Below, piece by piece: positions 39,099-47,804 of a DNA stretch of 64,000 nucleotides. Position 1 is the stretch's first letter. Each line of letters opens with the position of its first letter. The stretch is from positions 18,082-82,081 of the forward strand of contig JBGSQK010000020.1 in the NCBI GenBank assembly GCA_041738135.1, read 5' to 3'. This DNA is from Alphaproteobacteria bacterium (GTDB lineage Bacteria > Pseudomonadota > Alphaproteobacteria > JAGOMX01). The notes beneath the pieces are model-generated. The model saw nothing but the letters and a program-made list of their open reading frames with translations. It was not told the origin of the DNA and made no database searches. Position numbers and translations under genes: made by a program.

Positions 39099-40004
39099 AT
39101 GGCTAAACCAGTATTTATACCCAATGACATAAACTGGGAACTACTCAAACGCTTTAATGTGTGCGCGAATAGCTTTGGTTTTAATGAAGCTGCAAAAAAA
39201 ATAGGCACCAGCCCGTCAGCTCTACTCGGTCAGATTGAAGTACTTGAAAAGCAGATAGGCTTTAACTTATTTGAACGGGTAAACAGAAATAGGTCCAAAA
39301 CCTTAACACCCGAAGGCCAGATGCTGAAGGAAGCAACTCAACAGATATTTCTGTTTTTAAGCACCCCCATGAATGAGCAGAAAAAATTAAGCAAATCTCA
39401 AGCTCGCATTTTAAGGGTGATAACCACAGAAGGGCTGGCCAAAACAATTCTGGTTAAACCCATTAACCAATATTTAGAAGATCACCCTGATATTCAATTA
39501 CAACTGATCACCAAATCCACAGCAGATTTAATCGAGCCTGGCGAGGTGGTGATTCGTTCAAATTTTGTGGAGCAAAAGCACGTACGAAGGGAATATCTGC
39601 TCAATTACAAAATGAAATTGTATGCAAGCAAAACCTACATTAATAAATTCGGCAGGCCTGCATCTCCACTGGATCTTTCAAATCACAAGGTACTCATATT
39701 CAACAGTTTGGGCGCAAAGGATTCATCATTTCTCTGGAAGCCTGACCTCAATATTTACCTTACTCCCACGGTAGTATCCGATTCCTTCGATTTTCTTTTG
39801 AAGCAATGCTACGAAGGACAAGGTATTTTTGAGTTAGCAGACCTATATCTGGAAAAAGATGAATTGGTAGACTTGTTTCCCGATATGTCCGGGGAACAGT
39901 TTGATCTTTATCTGTCCTATAACAAGAAAAGTACTTACGAAGATCTTATTCCTGATTTCGTTAAATTTCTTAAGAAATCCATCGGCGATAAAGCCAAGGA
40001 ATAA
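39099..40004 (+). CDS. LysR-family transcriptional regulator
   Basis: An N-terminal wHTH (FNEAAKKIGTSPSALLGQIEVLEKQIGFNLFER) is followed by a roughly 200-aa substrate-binding domain. Confidence 0.75.
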   Translation: MAKPVFIPNDINWELLKRFNVCANSFGFNEAAKKIGTSPSALLGQIEVLEKQIGFNLFERVNRNRSKTLTPEGQMLKEATQQIFLFLSTPMNEQKKLSKSQARILRVITTEGLAKTILVKPINQYLEDHPDIQLQLITKSTADLIEPGEVVIRSNFVEQKHVRREYLLNYKMKLYASKTYINKFGRPASPLDLSNHKVLIFNSLGAKDSSFLWKPDLNIYLTPTVVSDSFDFLLKQCYEGQGIFELADLYLEKDELVDLFPDMSGEQFDLYLSYNKKSTYEDLIPDFVKFLKKSIGDKAKE

Positions 40005-40035
40005 TGTGATTTCTTTAATAACAAAATGCCCACAT

Positions 40036-40200
40036 CCGTCATCCAGAGCGCAGCTCCGCGTATGCGGAGTAAGCGTGGGATCCAGCAAATAAGTGTTGCG
40101 CAGCAACTCTCTATAGCTATATAGAAGCCGCTTACGCGGCACTCATTCGCTGGATCCCACGCTTCCTCGGCCTTGCCGAGGCGCGCTCTGGATGACGGGG
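40036..40200. repeat. MITE-like palindromic element, family A (subtype 2), copy 4
   Basis: CCGTCATCCAGAGCGCAGCTCCGCGTATGCGGAGTAAGCGTGGGATCCAGC...GCTGGATCCCACGCTTCCTCGGCCTTGCCGAGGCGCGCTCTGGATGACGGGG. Confidence 0.85.
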
Positions 40201-40211
40201 TTGTATTTCCC

Positions 40212-40808
40212 TCACGAAATCCTAAGGATACTCTCCGAAGATCGCCTACGATGTATAAAAGCCTCATAAGTTTGAGCATTCATAGGCACTATACCGAGTA
40301 CATAGGGCCGACTATCGTTAAAAGGAGAAGCAATCTGGGCCTGTTTCTCAAAAGGCCACAACCCCATGTTTAAAATATCCTTATGCCCTTCAGTCGGCAG
40401 AACTGTAATAAATGCTTTAATTTTCTGAGCAATACTAATGGTCTTTAAAGAATCATACATATTCTGATAAAAATCCTGGCGAATCAGGTTAAACATTTTT
40501 TCTGATTCTTCTTTTGCAGTCTCACCAGGCAGATGAAAAAAAATACGACTCATTTCCCAGATTTTTTGATTGGACTTAAATTGCAAACGCTTCAGCAAAT
40601 CTGAGGTCAATACAGGCTGATCAATAGGAATCAAACGGGCCCCACCAATAACACCAAACTTCTTATGACTGTAAATAAGATAATGCGTTTGATCATGATC
40701 AAATTCATCACGCGCCGACTTTCCATGCTCTAGCTCAATCAACGAAAACATTTGCTTCATTTCCTTACTATACTCGGCCCTTTTCTTAGGGGGAATCAGG
40801 TTAAACAT
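40212..40808 (-). CDS. LuxI-fold acyltransferase (acyl-homoserine-lactone synthase-like; autoinducer synthase family)
   Basis: Collinear matches to LuxI catalytic blocks are DEFDHDQTHYLIYSHKKFGVIGGARLIP (compare LuxI ..DEYD....YIY......VSGCWRLLP) and KIWEMSRIFF (compare ..VELSRFAV). The N-terminal R/W block is only partly conserved. The start is taken at MFNLIPP. Confidence 0.5.
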   Translation of the reverse strand: MFNLIPPKKRAEYSKEMKQMFSLIELEHGKSARDEFDHDQTHYLIYSHKKFGVIGGARLIPIDQPVLTSDLLKRLQFKSNQKIWEMSRIFFHLPGETAKEESEKMFNLIRQDFYQNMYDSLKTISIAQKIKAFITVLPTEGHKDILNMGLWPFEKQAQIASPFNDSRPYVLGIVPMNAQTYEAFIHRRRSSESILRIS

Positions 40809-40996
40809 TACATTAACTCCTAAATAATTATTACCATCTCTTGACACATAGGGTCTTTTTTCAAGATTTCAATAGCTTTGAATAAAAAGAAGTGGGGAAC
40901 TAATGACCTTCATGCAAAGTTATTGGTTAATCTGCACCCTATAAAGCCTAGTCCACCTAAGTATGTAAGTATTTAGTTGCAAAAGTGGTGAAAGGT

Positions 40997-41179
40997 TCAT
41001 TCATGCAGTTCTTGAGTGAGGGCGTTCAAAAAACTCTTCACCACTTTTGCTACTAAATACTCACTTATTCTTAGCTCTGCACAAAGCTTGTCTATCAGTT
41101 TGTATAAGGAATATTTATTTTGAAAATCCAATAAAAAGACCATATTTGTTTTTTTCCAAACTTTTTTGCTCTCAGTCAC
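40997..41179 (-). pseudogene. Truncated HU/IHF-family gene fragment (N-terminal helices only)
   Basis: NKYSLYKLIDKLCAELRISEYLVAKVVKSFLNALTQEL matches the HU/IHF N-terminal helix-turn-helix. A stop follows where the beta-arm (GFGxF) should begin, and the truncation point coincides with an inverted duplication of the same coding segment. Confidence 0.35.
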
Positions 41180-41272
41180 TCATCTTCAGATCCTTCTCCC
41201 ACAAGGCTTTCAAGACAAGATATTATTTATTTAATTTTTTTTGACACTATATGAAAATAATTATAATTTTTT

Positions 41273-41301
41273 CTTGACAAATCATACTTTTATAGCTATA
41301 T
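41273..41301 (+). promoter_or_regulatory. Sigma-70-like promoter (TTGACA-17-TATATT)
   Basis: A near-consensus -35 (41273-41278) and -10 (41296-41301) with 17-bp spacing lie in an AT-rich region. A second TTGACA is at 41241. Confidence 0.45.
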
Positions 41302-41304
41302 TAT

Positions 41305-41630
41305 GCTTAAGGGTAAGAGATGGAACTCTTCCCCTCGTGTACACAAAAACGAAAGGCATCCGGCGTTTGGGCCCCCGCGTAACCCAAACAAGTCTGGAAA
41401 TGAGCGGCGCGGTGAGCAAGTAAGGGATATGGTATGTAAAGTGCCATATCTACCGTACGGTTAATGCAAAAAGGTGACGAGGAAGGTATCCCTATAAGCC
41501 AAAAACAACCTAAAAAATCCAAACGGTGGAAGCCGGATGATGACTGAGACGACATTCAGAGATCAAAAGGCTTCCACCACCTTATAAAGGAAGATCGGGC
41601 AAAGTAGCCCAATCAAGTGAGTAAAGGAGT
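41305..41630 (+). ncRNA. Candidate structured ncRNA or long 5' leader (unassigned family)
   Basis: This is a roughly 330-nt ORF-poor transcript region downstream of the promoter, with several stable hairpins. Examples are GGTGGAAGCC-N34-GGCTTCCACC at 41525-41578 and GATATGG-N11-CCATATC. It ends at the SD (AAGGAG) of a 77-codon ORF. Confidence 0.3.
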
Positions 41631-41634
41631 ATGA

Positions 41635-41868
41635 ATGATACTAGATGATAAACGTTATAAGATAGAGAAAGTTATTAATAGATTTGAGCGGATTTCTCGA
41701 AGATCTGAATTGAAACAAGATTACGCCTCGTCAATTAAGGCGGGGAAAGTAGCCTTGGACTATTTTGTTGATCAAAAAAAAGAAACGCCTGAAGAAGAAA
41801 CCATATGGGACAAAGATAAGTTGATCAGTCTACTGGATTACCTCGAGAAACAGCTCGAACAACCGTAA
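41635..41868 (+). CDS. Hypothetical small protein (77 aa)
   Basis: It has an ATG with a consensus SD (AAAGGAG) 7 nt upstream. The product is charged/helical with no recognised family. Confidence 0.45.
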   Translation: MILDDKRYKIEKVINRFERISRRSELKQDYASSIKAGKVALDYFVDQKKETPEEETIWDKDKLISLLDYLEKQLEQP

Positions 41869-42033
41869 ACGCAAGCCATTTATTGCAACTGAAAACCATC
41901 ATTATCAACAATGATGCAGCACATGCACGCCCTTTAAACAGAGTGTGTGCCAAATTTTCAGCACCAAGATCCAATTTTAAACAACGAAAAATGTTTACCT
42001 GAGGCTTGCTTTCAGTTAGATTCTCTCTTACGC

Positions 42034-42110
42034 GCGTCCTTAGCTCAGTTGGATAGAGCACCGGCCTTCTAAGCCGGGTGTCGCAGGTTCGAATCCTGCA
42101 GGACGCGCCA
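42034..42110 (+). tRNA. tRNA-Arg (anticodon TCT), CCA encoded
   Basis: GCGTCCTTAGCTCAGTTGGATAGAGCACCGGCCTTCTAAGCCGGGTGTCGCAGGTTCGAATCCTGCAGGACGCGCCA has anticodon loop CTTCTAA. Confidence 0.9.
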
Positions 42111-42120
42111 TTTTCTTATG

Positions 42121-43002
42121 CTATGACGTTTCCAAAGTAAGTTTCAGACTATTTCTAGCAGAACCCCGCGGCAGAGCTTTTTGCTGCTCTTCATGATAGG
42201 CCCAACCTGTCAGATAAATAATTTCAAAGGTAGCGGAGATACGTTTGTCCGCAAGACCGTGGTTCTCCACATAAATCTTCTCCACTAAGTTAAAAAACCT
42301 CCTCGAGGACATAAACTTATGACGGTCACACATCACGTTTGTGAGCCCCATCAAACGCATGTCTTGCATTAAAACAGATAGATTGGGGTACTCAACCCTA
42401 ATAACATCACGATCCGCAACCGGTAATTTGAAATCAGCTCTTACCAACAATTGGGACGCTGAATATAAATCGACCATAGGCGCTACACGGGGCGAAGCCC
42501 CTCCGTAAAGCTGCATTTCCGCCTGCAAAAATGATGCCTTGAGTTCCTTTAAAGTATCACCACCTAAAAACGCCCCAATAAATAAACCATCCGGTTTTAA
42601 TATATTGCGAATTTGAATAAGTATGCCGGGAAGATCGTTGACCCAATGGAGATTCAGGTTTGATAAAACTAAATCTTTGCTCTCCGATTTACATAAATGC
42701 GAAGCACTAGAATCAAGGCTCAAAATAGTTTCATCAGAAAAATGTCCTAGATTATTGATCCCCTGATCACCATGGCCCAAAGATTGAATTTGATGTATGA
42801 AGTCAAAACCACAAGCGCCCATGGTTAAAACATGGGGAAACTGACGTTTAACAAATGCAAGTCTATCTATAATGCTGGAGTTGGTATGCTGGGCAAGGAA
42901 ATCTGACTTCTCACAATAGCGTTTTAAACGAGCTATACGCAACCCGTTATCAAACAGATTAGGCGATGATGTCGGGGAAGAGGAAATTTTCAAGCTGGAC
43001 AA
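42121..43002 (-). CDS. Class-I SAM-dependent methyltransferase, NDUFAF5/BioC-like
   Basis: FDNGLRIARLKRY...FLAQHTNSSIIDRLAFVKRQFPHVL, motif I (VLTMGACGF) and a downstream LKPDGLFIGAFLGGDTL resemble alphaproteobacterial NDUFAF5 homologs. It has a TTG start and a 44-bp overlap with the upstream DUF465 gene, so the start is uncertain. Confidence 0.6.
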   Translation of the reverse strand: MSSLKISSSPTSSPNLFDNGLRIARLKRYCEKSDFLAQHTNSSIIDRLAFVKRQFPHVLTMGACGFDFIHQIQSLGHGDQGINNLGHFSDETILSLDSSASHLCKSESKDLVLSNLNLHWVNDLPGILIQIRNILKPDGLFIGAFLGGDTLKELKASFLQAEMQLYGGASPRVAPMVDLYSASQLLVRADFKLPVADRDVIRVEYPNLSVLMQDMRLMGLTNVMCDRHKFMSSRRFFNLVEKIYVENHGLADKRISATFEIIYLTGWAYHEEQQKALPRGSARNSLKLTLETS

Positions 43003-43165
43003 TTTGATCTTTCAAAACGAGCTTCTTACGTTTGAGTGTTTGTAATGTCATGTGATCCACAACGGTTTCCTTCATGAGAAGGCTTAGCCGCTCATCTAAA
43101 TCTCGGTGTTCCTCTCGCAATCTTTGCAGTTGATTCAAAAGGTCTAGTTTATCGTTCATGATCAT
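42959..43165 (-). CDS. DUF465 (YdcH-like) small protein
   Basis: The 68-aa ORF reads LQRLREEHRDLDERLSLLMKETVVDHMTLQTLKRKKLVLKDQIVQLEN, matching the DUF465 pattern (...HRxLD..I.......D...L..LK+.KL.LKD.I..L). Confidence 0.65.
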   Translation of the reverse strand: MIMNDKLDLLNQLQRLREEHRDLDERLSLLMKETVVDHMTLQTLKRKKLVLKDQIVQLENFLFPDIIA

Positions 43166-43295
43166 ATGCTACCATTAACAGTTTACAGCCTAAATACAAC
43201 ATCATAATCTACTATAAATACATAAAGGTCAATTTATTAATCACACTTAAGACTTAAATGTTTATTTTTTACGATGGAAATCAACTGCAAAGCCC

Positions 43296-45089
43296 TTATC
43301 CCGTTAATGAATATTGATTCTGATCTATAGCCACATCGTCGATCACAAATTGTAGTTTTTCAACTCCCATCCACGTATCCAGTTTGATGCTACCAGCCAG
43401 ATGGACAGGGAAACCTCGATGATTAATGAGAGCTTGCCCCATATGCGTATTCACAGCTCTGAATGCGATGGCGTTAATTTTGGCATAGTCTAGTTGACCA
43501 GCCATAATTCGGATATGTTCACCTGCAAAGATATCCAATTTCAGTATTCTCAGGTTGGTTAGGGCAAATTTTGGTGTGGGATTCCCTGAACCAAACGGTG
43601 CTAACGCATCAATCTTGTGAACCAATTGGGGCGTTATAGCGTTAAGATTCAAGACCCCATCTAGCTCCAAAACAGGCACATTATCTTCAGACATAAACTG
43701 GGATGCGCGTTGATTTAGAAATGCTTGCAACTCCGGAATTTTAGATTCTTCCACAGTGAAGCCAGCCGCCATGGCATGCCCACCGCCTGCCATCAAAATA
43801 CCACTTTGTTTTGCTGCTTGAATCATGGAGCCCAGGTCAACGCCGGCAATAGATCTGGCTGACCCTTTGCCTATGCCTTCTTGCGAAAGACTGATAACAC
43901 AAGCCGGGCGATTGTATTTTTCTTTAAGACGGCCCGCAACGATACCGATAACGCCCGCGTGCCATTCTCGATCGGCCACCACAATAATAGAGGAAAGCTG
44001 GGTTTGCGCTTGCCTAAATGCGGCATTCAGCACTTCTTGCTCAATCTCTTTACGCACCCGATTATACTCGTCAAGCCTTAAGGCTATCTCTTCCGCTTGA
44101 ATAGAATTTTCGGTTCTCAAAAGCAAAGAGCCAAGCCCCGCCTCCCCCACTCGCCCACCAGCATTAATGCGAGGACCCAATACGAATCCCAAATGATAAG
44201 TGCTGGGAAGTGAATCAATTTTAGTAATATTACTTAAAGTCTTTAGCCCCAGGTTATTGCGCGCTGCCAATACCTTCAAACCCTGCTTCACAAATGTGCG
44301 ATTGAGTCCACGCAAAGGCATCACATCACAAACCGTCCCTAGGGCCACCAAATCCAGCAAGTTTTTAAGGTTTGGTTCTTGTATAAATTCAAAAAATCCC
44401 GATTGACGAAGATGACGATTTAACGCCACGGCTAACAAGAATGACATCCCCACAGCAGCCAAGCTTTGCAAAGGATTAGTTGGCTCGTCTAGCCTATTAG
44501 GGTTAACTATGGCAAAAGCTTGTGGTAGCTTGGGCTCCGCCACATGGTGATCGATGACAATGACATCCAAACCAATTTCCGCCGCACGAGCGAGGGGCTC
44601 AAATGATGTGGTGCCACAATCCACAGTTATAACCAAATCCGTGCCCTCTTGGCGTAACATCTCAAAAGCTGCATTATTAGGTCCATAACCTTCATCGATA
44701 CGATCTGGGATGTATACGCGGACAGGAAGCCCCAATTGGCTAAAATAGCGAAACAAGAGCGCTGACGAGGTTGCACCATCCACATCATAATCGCCAAATA
44801 TAACGATTTTTTGCTTTTCAGCCACAGCCAAAGCTATACGCCCCACCGCTTTTTCCATATCCTTGAGCATATAAGGATCAGGTAGGGTTTCTTTTAATGT
44901 GGGGTTTAAAAATTGTAACGCTTCATCCGGCTGAAAACCACGCGCTGCCAGCATTTGGGCTACGATTGGCGGAAGCGTCAATCTTTGGGATAGTAAAAGC
45001 GCATCTTTTTCGCTATAGGGTCGCAAAGCCCATTTCTTCCCCGACTCAGAAGATTGGACATTAAATGGACCTTTGTCGTCATTTGTCAT
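43296..45089 (-). CDS. recJ: Single-stranded-DNA-specific exonuclease RecJ
   Basis: DHH motifs (IVIFGDYDVDGATS, VIVIDHH) and DHHA1 (GGGHAMAAG) are present. It is 597 aa. Confidence 0.9.
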   Translation of the reverse strand: MTNDDKGPFNVQSSESGKKWALRPYSEKDALLLSQRLTLPPIVAQMLAARGFQPDEALQFLNPTLKETLPDPYMLKDMEKAVGRIALAVAEKQKIVIFGDYDVDGATSSALLFRYFSQLGLPVRVYIPDRIDEGYGPNNAAFEMLRQEGTDLVITVDCGTTSFEPLARAAEIGLDVIVIDHHVAEPKLPQAFAIVNPNRLDEPTNPLQSLAAVGMSFLLAVALNRHLRQSGFFEFIQEPNLKNLLDLVALGTVCDVMPLRGLNRTFVKQGLKVLAARNNLGLKTLSNITKIDSLPSTYHLGFVLGPRINAGGRVGEAGLGSLLLRTENSIQAEEIALRLDEYNRVRKEIEQEVLNAAFRQAQTQLSSIIVVADREWHAGVIGIVAGRLKEKYNRPACVISLSQEGIGKGSARSIAGVDLGSMIQAAKQSGILMAGGGHAMAAGFTVEESKIPELQAFLNQRASQFMSEDNVPVLELDGVLNLNAITPQLVHKIDALAPFGSGNPTPKFALTNLRILKLDIFAGEHIRIMAGQLDYAKINAIAFRAVNTHMGQALINHRGFPVHLAGSIKLDTWMGVEKLQFVIDDVAIDQNQYSLTG

Positions 45090-46060
45090 TGTGTGATTCG
45101 ACCGATTCTCAGGAATTTCTCTTGTCTTTGTTTTCGCAGCTGCTCACCACTCAAATTTGCCATAGATTTGAGAGCTTGTTCAATAGAATCACCAATAGCA
45201 GTTATAGTTTTAGCTGCATTGCGATGCGCGCCCCCAACAGGTTCTTCAATTATCTTGTCAACAATATGCAGCTTAATGAGGTCCTGCGCAGTAAGCTGCA
45301 AGGCCTCCGCAGCAAGCTCGCGCTTTTCGCTCGTGCGCCATAAAATAGAGGCGCAGCCTTCCGGTGAAATAACTGAATAAATGGAATGCTCGAGGATATT
45401 AACATAATTGGCCACAGCCAGCGCAATTGCACCACCGGATCCCCCCTCACCTGTTATAGTGGCAACCACCGGGATCTGTAAATCGGCCATGGTTTCAATA
45501 CAAGCCGCAATGGCTTCGGCCTGGCCACGCTCTTCCGCATCAATGCCCGGGTGTGCGCCTGCCGTATCTACTAAAGTGATCAATGGAATTTGGAATTTTT
45601 CAGCCAGAAGCATTAGCCTTTTGGCTTTACGATAGCCCTCAGGTCTCGCCATACCGAAATTGTGGCGTATGCGTGATTCCGTATCACGACCTTTCTGATG
45701 ACCCATAATCATAACGGTTTGCCCGCGGAAACGACCAATACCTGCAATAATGGCTTGATCCTCTGCAAAGTTGCGATCGCCGCTCAGCTCAACAAAATCA
45801 TCAACCAAGCCCGTGAGATACTCCTTAAAGCTAGGGCGTTCCACATGCCGTGCCACCAGTACCTTTTGCCATGGTGTAAGTTTGGAATAGGTTGCTTCAA
45901 GTTGCTTTTCTATCTTCAGCTTTAAATCACTGATCTCAGCAGAATTATTTGGATTGCCAGCAAGAGGCATATGCAAAAGCTCGTCGAGCCTGCTTTCCAT
46001 CACATGAATTGCTTTTTCAAATTCTAAAGGTGTAACCATATTGATTCCTTGAATACTCAC
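45086..46060 (-). CDS. accA: Acetyl-CoA carboxylase carboxyltransferase subunit alpha
   Basis: ARHVERPSFKEYLTGLVDDFVELSGDR...IIAGIGRFRGQTVMIMGHQKGRDT...FGMARPEGYRKAKRLM is collinear with AccA. Confidence 0.9.
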   Translation of the reverse strand: MSIQGINMVTPLEFEKAIHVMESRLDELLHMPLAGNPNNSAEISDLKLKIEKQLEATYSKLTPWQKVLVARHVERPSFKEYLTGLVDDFVELSGDRNFAEDQAIIAGIGRFRGQTVMIMGHQKGRDTESRIRHNFGMARPEGYRKAKRLMLLAEKFQIPLITLVDTAGAHPGIDAEERGQAEAIAACIETMADLQIPVVATITGEGGSGGAIALAVANYVNILEHSIYSVISPEGCASILWRTSEKRELAAEALQLTAQDLIKLHIVDKIIEEPVGGAHRNAAKTITAIGDSIEQALKSMANLSGEQLRKQRQEKFLRIGRITQ

Positions 46061-46977
46061 ATACTATGTTGTGCCAATTTTGCGAGCGGATGGCAAGCAT
46101 TAACCACTTCTGTCAGACGATCGGTTGCCACATGGGTATATATTTCAGTAGTAGAAATGTCTTCATGACCTAGTAATTTCTGCACACTTACAAGATCTGC
46201 ACCATTATTTAATAGGTGTGTAGCAAAAGCATGTCGCAGAACGTGAGGCGAAACCTTGTAAGGCTCAATCCCGGCATCCATAGCCAGTTCCTTCAACAGT
46301 TGTCCAATACGTTGACGGGTTAGATAGCCCGTGTTACTTGGCGAAGGAAAAAGGTATAAAGATTCCTTTTGGCCAAGAAACCCTGCACGTATACCCATAT
46401 ATTTAACGATGATTGCAGAAGCTATTTCAGGAAGAGGCAGAACGCGCTCTTTGCGCCCCTTCCCTTTAACGAGAATAAGGGGGATACCGCTTTCTGTGGT
46501 CATGAATGAACTTAAAGGCAGAGAAACCAGCTCCGAAACGCGCATACCTGTTGCATATAGCAGCTCCAGAAGCGTTGCCAACCGTATACCTTCCGGGCCC
46601 GATTTTTGATGCGCCGCGGTCAGTAGCAATGTAACCTCTTGTTCCGTCAGGATTTTGGGCAACGCATTGCTGAGCTTGGGACTGGAAATATCATTGACTG
46701 GATTATCCATAATATGGCGTTCACTAAAAAGGAACGAAAAAAACTGTTTTAAACTTGAAAGTTGGCGAGCAATGGTCCTGGTGGAATAATGCTTTTCAGA
46801 CAGATGTTTAAGATATGCTTGCAGATCCTCAAGGGCCAACTCGCTGACCGCTTTACCTTTTAAAAAGCTAATGAAGCACAAGCAGTCACGACGGTAGGAT
46901 TCTACCGTGTGACCGGACGCATTCTTTTCTGCAATGAGCATTTCGCAGAATTGTTCAACAAAAATCTCATTCTTCAT
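46057..46977 (-). CDS. xerD: Tyrosine recombinase XerD
   Basis: The N-terminal SAM-like domain is MLIAEKNASGHTVESYRRDCLCF. Catalytic R..H.LRH..AT.L...G....V...LGH......YTH is present with the tyrosine in EIYTHV. Confidence 0.85.
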   Translation of the reverse strand: MKNEIFVEQFCEMLIAEKNASGHTVESYRRDCLCFISFLKGKAVSELALEDLQAYLKHLSEKHYSTRTIARQLSSLKQFFSFLFSERHIMDNPVNDISSPKLSNALPKILTEQEVTLLLTAAHQKSGPEGIRLATLLELLYATGMRVSELVSLPLSSFMTTESGIPLILVKGKGRKERVLPLPEIASAIIVKYMGIRAGFLGQKESLYLFPSPSNTGYLTRQRIGQLLKELAMDAGIEPYKVSPHVLRHAFATHLLNNGADLVSVQKLLGHEDISTTEIYTHVATDRLTEVVNACHPLAKLAQHSM

Positions 46978-47158
46978 GCTTTTTTTCAGCTTTCGGGAAA
47001 AAGCGACTGTTTGAAAAAGTTACCTTTACCTCGCCCGAAGGTGCTGGTATACCCCATGTAGCAAGTGATGCTATAGCCAATATGAGGCTTAGAGCTAGCA
47101 CGAGCCAAAGAACTTTAATTGCGATTGACATGTTTTCCTCTTTGAGTTGCGAAACCAT
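46967..47158 (-). CDS. Small hypothetical membrane protein (63 aa)
   Basis: It has a single predicted TM helix (IAIKVLWLVLALSLILAIASLATW) and overlaps the xerD start by 11 bp. It may not be a real gene. Confidence 0.25.
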   Translation of the reverse strand: MVSQLKEENMSIAIKVLWLVLALSLILAIASLATWGIPAPSGEVKVTFSNSRFFPKAEKKHEE

Positions 47159-47219
47159 CGTAGTAGATTAATCTATATACGCAAGAAGAACAACATGGGA
47201 TTCACGAAAAGCTAATGAA

Positions 47220-47804
47220 TTGAAGATGAAAGAATTATTTGAGGTTGCATTACCTAAGACAGTAGTCTTAATTGGAATGATGGGGGTTGGTAAAACCAGC
47301 ATCGGGCGTCGCTTGGCTAAAAAGCTGGGTGTGGAGTTTATTGATTCTGACCACGAGGTTGAAATTGCAGCCAAATGTTCGGTGTCTGATATTTTCGAAA
47401 TCTATGGTGAAGACGCTTTTAGAGATGTGGAAAGAAGGGTGATTTCGCGCTTGCTTAGCGACAAGCCCCATATTCTTGCCACAGGTGGCGGTGCTTTTAC
47501 GGATGAAGAATCCATAAAAGTTATCCAGGAAAATGGTATATCCGTTTGGCTCAAAGCAGAGGCGGAAACACTCCTGCCGAGACTAGAAAGAAGAGATCAC
47601 CGCCCTCAATTCCATCAGGGTGACATTGCTCAAGAATTGACCGAGCTTCTGGATAAATACACACCTTTTTACGAACGCGCTGTTATTCAAGTGGATTGTA
47701 CAGGCAGCTCGCCGGAGGCGACCACCGATAAAATCTTGCTTGAGCTCAATCGCTTTTTATCAAAATTGCAAATGAAGAGCGGGCAGAAAATTAACCATGT
47801 CTAA
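47220..47804 (+). CDS. aroK: Shikimate kinase
   Basis: Walker A (VVLIGMMGVGKTSIGRRLAKKLG), DSD, and the shikimate-binding and LID regions are present. Confidence 0.85.
   Translation: MKMKELFEVALPKTVVLIGMMGVGKTSIGRRLAKKLGVEFIDSDHEVEIAAKCSVSDIFEIYGEDAFRDVERRVISRLLSDKPHILATGGGAFTDEESIKVIQENGISVWLKAEAETLLPRLERRDHRPQFHQGDIAQELTELLDKYTPFYERAVIQVDCTGSSPEATTDKILLELNRFLSKLQMKSGQKINHV

Noticed and set aside
41535-41549. GGATGATGA…CTGAGA resembling C/D box motifs of snoRNAs
   Set aside because: C/D-box guide RNAs are archaeal and eukaryotic. A short motif match inside a hairpin loop is best explained by chance.
41305-41630. Possibility that the structured region is tmRNA (two-piece alphaproteobacterial ssrA), RNase P RNA, SRP RNA or 6S RNA
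   Set aside because: There is no GGTTCGA T-arm or tRNA-like acceptor end, and no ANDN-type tag frame ending in AA-stop. The RNase P GGAAAGUCCGGGCUC motif and the SRP domain IV motif are also absent. The family is left unassigned rather than forced.
46057-46977. Tyrosine recombinase as a marker of a prophage or integrative element
   Set aside because: The sequence has the XerD-specific N-terminal domain and sits in a housekeeping run (recJ-accA-xerD, overlapping stops and starts). There are no phage or conjugation genes or att repeats around it, so it is the chromosomal dimer-resolution recombinase.
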